64,000 nt of DNA from assembly GCF_009914755.1 (NCBI RefSeq), contig NC_060946.1. One strand, 5' to 3'. Positions 53,662 through 64,000 of this stretch are shown piece after piece. The position numbers were made by a program, and so were the translations under genes. The notes under the pieces were generated by a model, which did no database searches, was not told where the DNA came from, and saw only the letters and a program-made list of their open reading frames with translations. Positions within the stretch are counted from its first letter, which is position 1. Every line of letters begins with the position of its first letter. The stretch is from the human T2T-CHM13v2.0 reference genome, Homo sapiens.

Positions 53662-53675
53662 GTTGGGAAACCTCG
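53572..53675. repeat. Duplicated (CA)n-containing unit
   Basis: TCTAAAAC(AC)nGCG..TGGGAAACCTC twice. Confidence 0.85.
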
Positions 53676-54748
53676 CAGGTTCCAAAGTTCCTAAGCAAAG
53701 CAGAACCAAGCTGATGGTGGACTGGTCAGGCAAACCAAGAACCTATCAACATGAAACTCAGAGAAGCAGAGAGAACAGGAAGACGGCTGCTCAGAAGGGC
53801 AGGGGCTGGCGTCCCTGCACCTCCATCTCACAACAGCAAGAGGCCACCTCCAGTCCTTCATGTTACATTTCTAAACCTTTTGTGTTCTTTAAATTTCCTT
53901 TGAGACATATAAATCAAGAGATGAGGTCCCCGAAAACTAGAAATTATGTGTGTGTATTTTCAATCAGTTTTAGAAGAAATGTGGTTTTCTTCTAGATTTC
54001 CAGTCATCTGTCTGTTCTAGTGCAATAAAGCAGGCTGGGCCGGCCTGTTCAGGGTCCCAGGGCAGAAGAAAGAAGGGGAGTGGCCACCTGGGGACCCTTC
54101 CTCTCTGGTCCAAGGGTTGTTTTGAGTCTTTTTAATGATTTCTTTGGAAATCACAAAGTCCAGCTATGTGAGGAAGGGAAATCTTCATTCTTTATACTCT
54201 GTGGCTGAAAAAAGGAACTTTCAGAGCCTTTAGGTAGTTCACTGAGAGCCACTGAAAGAGCCTGGAGCGTGACACACAGAGCACAGGGCAGGGGTAGGAG
54301 TCGGCCCCTCTGGACAGGAGGTGGCATTCCCAATGCTCCGAGGGCTGCTTGGAGCTTTGCTCTGCCCATGGGAGAAATGAGACGGGTGCTATGGCACAGA
54401 AATGGGGCTTCGGGGTGGCCTTTTGGGGATGCAGGCACAGAGGGGCAAGGGCAACCAGGTTTTACATATGAGGCTCCAGATCTCAAAAGGGTGATTTTCC
54501 CTCCAATTAACGAATATTACTAAGTGCTCTAAGAATGACACAAGAGCAGAAACAGAAAAGAAACCTAATTCTGGCATTGCCGTCGTCCTCACGGGCGTGG
54601 CGAGAACAGGGCCTAAAGTCCACAAGAGACTCCCTGCAGTGGGGAACGTCCCCTTCAAGCAGCAGCCCCCACGTGGTGGGCAGAACCCGAGAAGTCTTGA
54701 ATTTACGCAGCATAATGGTCTGGGAAAGGGGAAGTGATGAGCTGATGA

Positions 54749-55128
<380 letters not shown>

Positions 55129-55241
55129 TCCTGAGTTTCCTTTTTCTATTTATTTCATTTCCCCCTGGAACTTGCTGGAATTCTAAATCCAAAAAGCTAG
55201 TAGCTGCAGTCCGGGAACCCAGAGGAGAAAGCAGCTCACTA

Positions 55242-56025
<784 letters not shown>

Positions 56026-56679
56026 TTTTTTCACACAGTGAAATTCACTTAGAATAGACATAAACACTCCCGAGGTGGTGTTAGGAGAAGGCAAGAGGCA
56101 TTAGATGGGAAAAGCGTCTGTTAATTGGAATGTAAGCACCGGCCCTTCTGCAGCACCAGTGGTCGTTGAGTGTGGAGGTCTCTGAACACACCAGAAGCCC
56201 TGGGACACTGAGGGAGTCTCCAAGGGCGTGGGTCCGTGGGAGCGTGGGACTGGAGAACACAGGAAGCACAGACAGCAACAGTCTCTCTTCCCAGGGAGGT
56301 GAGAGCCCCGCCTTGGACGTGGCACTGTCTGATAGGTGGAATCACAGAACTATGACATTGGTTTTTAAATGAATGGGCCAAGAAGTGACCCTCTTAAAGG
56401 AATGGGGTCAGGGTAAAACACGAGACAATTATCTTTGCCATTCTTCTGTTTGAAGACCACCTCTAGGCATGGAGCCTCCACGGGGAGATGAAGGGGGTAG
56501 ACTGCCAGATCAAGGACACACGGACAGGGAGGAGGAGCCACAGTCCCCAGGATTCCCCTCAACAGAATGACAGCTGCCCAGGAGAAAAGCTGCCTGAAGC
56601 TTAGAAATGAGACATGGGGGTCAGCCATTCCTCTGAACTAACACAAATGGCAAGATGCCAAACATACTGCAACCTCTAA

Positions 56680-56862
56680 GCTAGTGGTTCTCCTGCTCTA
56701 GAGGGCATCAGAACCCACTGGAAGGTCTGTTACAGCAGATAACCAGGCCTCACCCCAGAGTTTCTGATTCTGCAGGTCTGGGGCAGGGCCTGAGGCTGTG
56801 CCTTCCTAACAGGCTCCTAGGTGATGTTGCTGCTGGTCCAGGGACCACACTTTGAGAACCAC
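56680..56862. mobile_element. MER5A-like DNA transposon
   Basis: AGTGGTTCTC...TCTGATTC...GGTCTGGGG...GGTCCAGGGACCACACTTTGAGAACCAC with terminal inverted ends. Confidence 0.8.
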
Positions 56863-57486
56863 GGCCTGGAGCTTTTCCTGTCTTCACTGAAAAGAAGTAC
56901 AAAGTGAGCCCCAGGACAGAGCAAGGAGGGAGGGACGTTGTTATGGGCACCCGTCAACCTGGCTTTGAGTTTGGTGACTCCGGGCAGAAATCACTACAGA
57001 GAAGCCTTTCCCTCGCACTCAGCTCTTCTGGGAGAAACGAGACCACGACCCAGTGAAAATGGTCGGGCTGAGATCTTGGCATGTTTGCTTCTTTGCGTAA
57101 GTGTGGCAGGCAGTGAGCTCCCTAGCAGATATGATTCCTACAAGCAGTGAGGGATGAGATTCAGGGCAAAAGCTGTGTTGGAGTGTGTGTATTTAGGGGA
57201 CCAGGACGCAGATGCAAGGCTGGTGGAGTCGGGTGGGCAAAGTTTTATTATAAAAAATTAAAAACGACCCCAGGCAGCAAAAGCAAGCTCAGATCTTCCT
57301 CTGGAGCACATGTGGGCAGCGGGGAGATCAGCACGCTGCTCTGTTTTGAGCTGGAAAAGGGTCTGTGCTTTTGCCATTTGGTTATTGGGTTGATTTCTCC
57401 TTGTTTTTGTGAGCAGGGACTGGGAAGCGTGGGTGGAGAAAGGGCGTCAGCGGGGTTAGTGTCAGCACAGGCGCTGCCATACATAC

Positions 57487-57537
57487 CACCCAGATGCAAG
57501 TCGATGAGGTCACTGTAATAAGACTCTCCCCAATAGT
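57487..57537 (-). CDS. MICAL3: MICAL3 in-frame cassette exon, 51 nt (DYWGESYYSDLIDLHLG)
   Basis: ccttgttgtag|ACTATTGG...CTGGGTG|gtatgt; symmetric phase 1-1; no stop. Confidence 0.8.
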
Positions 57538-59409
57538 CTACAACAAGGAATCGGTGAAGAGAGAGTTATTCCATCAGGTAGTCCTCCTGTCCCCCCATAC
57601 CCAATCAATGATATGATATGGAGCAATCAATGATATGGAGCGCAAGAAACACAGACACAGCGAGGCGGCAGAGGAACGGCTGGAAGGCATGCGTGCCTAA
57701 GTGCATCACATACTGCATGTCCACACATGCCGTATCTGCATACTGCGTGGCTGCGGGAGGAGGGCGGTAACTAAAACTCACTGTGGGGAGTCAATGGTCA
57801 CTATCAACATGATCCCACGTACACCAGGGATCAGCCAGGACAGAGGCTTTGGCTTTGCTGGGAACTCCTGCCCCTGGGACTGAACCTTCTCTAACTAAGA
57901 GTTAATAGAGCGGGGCTGCCTGCGTGTCAGTTGCTGATACTGGAAGCCCCAGGCTGAGGGCCTGGAGGCAGGAGGCAAACGTCCTACAGAAGCTCTGAAA
58001 TCCTTAGGTTTCGTGCAGTCAGTGCTCTCCCAGGAATTCCCACGACCCCACTGCTGACTCTATCAAATGCCTTGCAGACCCACTTTTGCCGAATGGGTTT
58101 GAGAGAAAGGGGATCCTGTTTCGAGGCTTAGGCCTCCAAATTCAGTCGGCCTTCTTAACAACAGGAAACGAGCAGAGACTCATGCAGAGTTCTTCCCCCA
58201 GGCACTCGGCCGAAGGCTCCTGGAGGTGTGCTGGCCTGGGGCACTCCTAGCCTGGTAGTTCCACAGCTGTCTGGCCAAGAGCGCTATGTAATTTCCACGC
58301 CTGAGATGCAGACTGGGCACTGCCGAGAGGCTGGGCTTGAGCAGGCGGTCCTCATCTCCCCAGAATCATAAAGACACACAGAGCACAGCACTCGGCCGCC
58401 ATGGTGTTGCCCTCTCTCCAAACCCCGCATTCTGAATGCAGATCCTCACAGCCTCCGGTCCCACCTGAGGGCCTCCCCTTGAGAGTGACACAGCAGACAC
58501 AGTGGTAGAATGCGGTCCTGCCCCAGTTTTTCAATGCATGCTCAAGGCTGAGTCAGTGTTTTTGTAACAAAAAGGCTTCCCAGGTGCCCCAGGACTGGAA
58601 ATTACCTAAGTTGTGGCCTGGCCCTAGGATCAAAGGTGCTGAAGCTAATCCTTGCAGCCTGGCCATACGTCGTCATACCTTAGACAAACGGAGAACGGGA
58701 TGGCAGGTCCATGCTAGAGCGCTTCTCTGGAAAGGCAGCTTGGCTAACAAAGTCTGACGCCCTCAGACGGTGATGGAAGCTGGAGACCCCCAAGTGAGAT
58801 GATGGCAGGTTCCAGCCAGTTTACTACAGTCCCCAGGGAAGGGCAGACTGCCATGATGAGAAGACTCCAGATTATTATCATGCCCAGCTGCCACTGCCTT
58901 CTTCAGGGCTCAGCCAGGTGCCACAAGACTAAGAAGAGGAACGGGACGCAGAAGCAGGAGAGAAAGCAGCAGCAGCACGCACACCTGGGCTTCAGAGACG
59001 GCATCGGCCAAGGAGGGGCAGGGCCACGGGGAACTGTGATGGGAGACCAGCTTGGAAGGGATGTATTCACGTAAGAGAAGGAACATATTTGGAAATTCTT
59101 ATATTCTTATGGTAGGAACCATAATTCCTGAAAATTCCAGAGAGTTTCTCAAATGCATCACAACGAAATATCCCAACAGAGCTACTAAGGCCCATCTTGA
59201 AAAACAGAACAGAAACATCTTTGGATAGAGATATCTGCTGAAGACTCATCTAAAGGAAGGAGTTTGCACTACGACAGTGGTTTTCAAGCCTCTGTGGAAC
59301 CCTAAGGTTCTTCCAAAGGCATTCCAAGGGGTCTCCCAAATACCTGATGTACAAATACTTGTAGCTCTTTCAAGAGCCCTTATTAAAATAAGACACACCA
59401 CCTTCAAAT

Positions 59410-59745
<336 letters not shown>

Positions 59746-62519
59746 TCAACCCAATAATTTGTGCTGCCAGGTGAGCTTGATTTTGTGGAGCCCTCAGGAT
59801 CAAGTTTCCGCCTCTCTCTGTGTGTAAGTGGCTGAACTCCCTGTAAATGTGTTAGTGAAGAGGACATTTTATTCATTTGTTTATTTAAATTCTGGCCTGC
59901 AGCATAGTGCTCACCTGCCACCGTTCAGGGTCTGTCCGGGAGAGCTACAGCTCACTGACAGCACGCACGCCTGTCAGCGAGTCCCTTTATGTAGGTGGGT
60001 AACACGTTTTGCTGCGGTATTACAGCATGGCTGGGTTTTTGTTTACTTTGTTTGGGAGCCTCTTGTTTGAGACTTGCTTGTCATGAGGAATAGGAACTGC
60101 TGTTAGATTTGCTGTGATCCAACTGTGGAAAAAAAAAAAAAAAAGCTCTTGCCTCATTTTAAACTTCTAGTGTCTACATCATTTAAACTGCAGAAATCCT
60201 GAGATTTCCAAGTAAGCTGTTAAAAAAACCAAAAACCAACCAAATAAAAAAAACCATGTTGTCACTTATAGCAACTACAGTTCTTGTGTGTACTGGCTGG
60301 ATGCCGGGGCTTGGTCATGTCCACCACTCTCTGCTATAACCTGTGTTTTCAAATCTGTGTTAATTATTAACATTTGAGAGTAATTCTTTTTGATTTTAAA
60401 CTTGAACTTATCATCTTGTGAAAAGAGGTCTGCTGCTAGTTTTTTGAAAACCACTGACTTAGACGGCATTTGGGTTGTGTATGTTTGAGGAAATGTGATT
60501 ATCTAATGACTAGAAGAAATAATTCTGGCAAAACCCTAACGCCAATCTTCAGTGGTATATTATTTTCCGGCCCTTTGGCAGAAGCTTGAATAACAGGGCC
60601 CGTGACAGGGGCGTCGAAGCACTGTTTTACACTCAGACTTCACGGAGGCCACAGGCGCTCAAGTGCTTTACGGAAACCACCAACCTTGATGGCACCACCA
60701 CCTCAACCTCATGAGTAAGGAGGGCAGGGAGCTGTCTTCTTCCTGAAGGGCTTAAACCATGAAATGCGGTTATTCTGTCTGTGTGTTGAGATCTAATCCA
60801 CTGCTTTCCATCTTGGCAGAAGTGATTTGTGGAGAAGGGCAAGAAGGAATGAAGATGAGCCTAGGCTCTCTCCTGATATCTTCTGCAAGAAGAGAAATGG
60901 CACGAGGGCAGGGCCCCATAGGCCCGGACGCAGTCGGGCACAGGTGGGCTGGGGCCAACTCCATCTGGGCTCAGGCTTAACTGAGGAGGCCAAATCAGAG
61001 TGCGCAGAGCAGGGCAGGGGGGCAGGGGCACCGCAGGTTCGCTGGGAAACCTCAGACCTTCTTAGGTGAACCCAAATCTCCTTGCTGTGCTTGTCTCACA
61101 GTAACACATCCCAGTCGTCTCAGCCTATCGGATGCTAAGTGCTTCAAGTTTTTGCATTTCCTTTGGTAGCCTGGACTTCATGCATTAACAGCATCAGGTG
61201 AGCCCAAACCAAGAACATCCACATCCTCACCTTTCTCCCCATCCCATCTCTTTGACTGAAGGTCATCACTGAGTAGCCCTATAAGCTGCAATTTCCAGGC
61301 CTTAAAGGGCCTGGGAAAGGAGACCTACTTCCATTCTGGACTCCCTCACTCCCCACCACACAAACTTCAGTCCTACAGGCCACAGGAATTCATCTTGACA
61401 CCAGGCACTTCCCATGAGCCCATGGGTCAGTCTTTGAGCAAGATCAGATGGCAGCAGCTGGCCCTGCTCCTGGCCGCCTCCTCCCAGTTCGTCCATTTCA
61501 CAGAGAGCCTGCCTGTCAGCAGAGGCACCCTGCTCCCCTCTGCCACACTAGAGTGAGGAAGTAAGAGGATACTCCTTTTCTTCATCCCCAGCTCACAATT
61601 TAAACGCTGAACCTGCAGGCTATAAAGAGACGGAAGTTCCCCCATCCAGAGACTAGACGAAGATTTGTGGATGTTTGAGAAGGCAGAGTGGCCACTGCAC
61701 CCCCGGGGCTGGTCCTGCAGCTTCAAGGTCCTGAACCAATAGGACTTCCTGGGCCGTGGGGCCAGAGATGCCTCAGGCACTCCCTTGCATTCTCTGTGCC
61801 CAACTATGCTGAGCGCAGCCGCGCAGGTTCCCTGGATGGAATGGCAGGAATGAGCGCACCACATTCTCCAGGGCTTCCCTGCCAGGAGCAGCAGTCACGA
61901 GCACAGGGCCCTGCCAGCCACTCCCCGGAGTCTGCTCCACGTCGGCTGGTCACATACCCTGAGCCTCTCCAGCCCTGCCCTAAGTGACCAGCCTTCAGCA
62001 GACACAGGGCCTGGGTGCCCTCTGGAAATCTGTGTGTGCCGAGGGTGGCCACATGCTCCCCGACCAGCGGTGTTGAGGGCTCTGTGGGCAGGAGGGTCCC
62101 AGGGAACTAACGACATGAGGGGGTCTGGGGGTGCAGGCTGGGGACCTGCTCAGTGCAATTCTGTGATGGTTCCTTGCGGTTCAATCTCCCTCACTCCCAG
62201 TTATTCCCTCCTAGAGTAAATGGTGGGGTGGGAAGGAGGGGGAAGAGCCAGCGCTCACCATCAGCATGCCGGGGACTGAGTTTCACTCTATGGGAAATGG
62301 CAGCCCAGAGGGGCTGTGGAGCAGGATGGGCCTGGGGCTGTCTCAGACAGGTATTTTCTTTTGCTTAACAGGAAGCCCCAAATCTCAGAGATGAAGGGCC
62401 CCAGAAAATCCTGCTGGAAAAGGAGCTGAATTCCAGGTGAGGTGAAGCAAAACTAGCCTACCACGGCGGGAGGGAGGGCTTCCTCCAGGAGCAGAGCTTA
62501 GGAGGGAGCCCGGCAGTAC

Positions 62520-62613
62520 CTGCTTCGCCCCGGAGCGCCTTCTCCACAGCCACGCCCCTTTCCTCCAGCCGCCGCTGCCTCTCCTCCACCTGCTGCAGCT
62601 GCCGCTGGATGAT
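62520..62613 (-). CDS. MICAL3: MICAL3 exon (IIQRQLQQVEERQRRLEERGVAVEKALRGEA)
   Basis: ctgtcatag|ATCATC...GAAGCAG|gtactg; 94 nt, ends in phase 1 matching exon 44878-44977; bMERB helix 1. Confidence 0.95.
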
Positions 62614-63029
62614 CTATGACAGACAGCACAGACTGAGCACCCGGCTCTCCAGCCCTGCTTCAGGAGGACACACAACTCCACACCCACACGAGGGGAAACA
62701 CAGGAGTTGCCGCTCTGGAAAGGGCTCTAGTCTGTGGGCGGTGCGCTCAGGGTGTGGCGTGGAGACCACCTGCACCAGAACCACCTAGCTTGTGTAGACG
62801 CCAGGCTCCGGGCCTTGCTAGTTAGCATCAAAGCGCGTGGACGTGACTCAAGTAGTGACCACCCTCCCAGGAGTGTTGCAGAGACAGGAAGTGGATGTAA
62901 TCTGTGGCAGGAGGGGCCTGAGTACCAGAACCTCAGACTGTTCTCACGGCAAGACTGCTAGAGTGCTGGAGGGGGTTCCTGAAGAGTGCAGTGGAAATCC
63001 CATCTTTACGATAAAAATTTAAAACAGAA

Positions 63030-64000
<971 letters not shown>

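Overview
Human (primate) genomic DNA, GC-rich and Alu-dense. I recognise it from recalled protein and RNA sequences, not from a database search, as 22q11.21. It holds the 5' half of BID on the minus strand: a CpG-island first exon (~28066-28160), an alternative coding first exon for the long isoform (27295-27374) and exon 2 with the canonical MDCE start (3823-3892). BID intron 1 contains MIR3198-1 inside a poly(A)-tailed retroposed mRNA 3'UTR fragment (probably CBX5), plus an Alu-derived p53 element. Next comes a divergent + strand unit (LINC00528/C22orf37) whose 170-aa ORF is assembled from an MLT1 LTR, a 57-bp tandem duplication and a duplicate of BID-upstream DNA. The 3' end of MICAL3 (minus strand) follows: four constitutive bMERB/Rab-binding-domain exons and a ~3 kb 3'UTR. 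The most interesting signal is a set of in-frame cassette exons in the 17.5-kb MICAL3 intron (51 nt DYWGESYYSDLIDLHLG; 66 nt VEPSGGTPRRRPLSFCPCCVQE). They insert an acidic/aromatic motif and a basic Cys cluster into the bMERB loop and carry clear splicing-regulatory signatures. Two human-specific Alus (Yb8, Ya5) and a 39-bp VNTR are also present. Most ORFs in the supplied track are Alu-derived or chance ORFs of GC-rich DNA. I see no prokaryote-type system. Repeat boundaries are approximate and read by eye.
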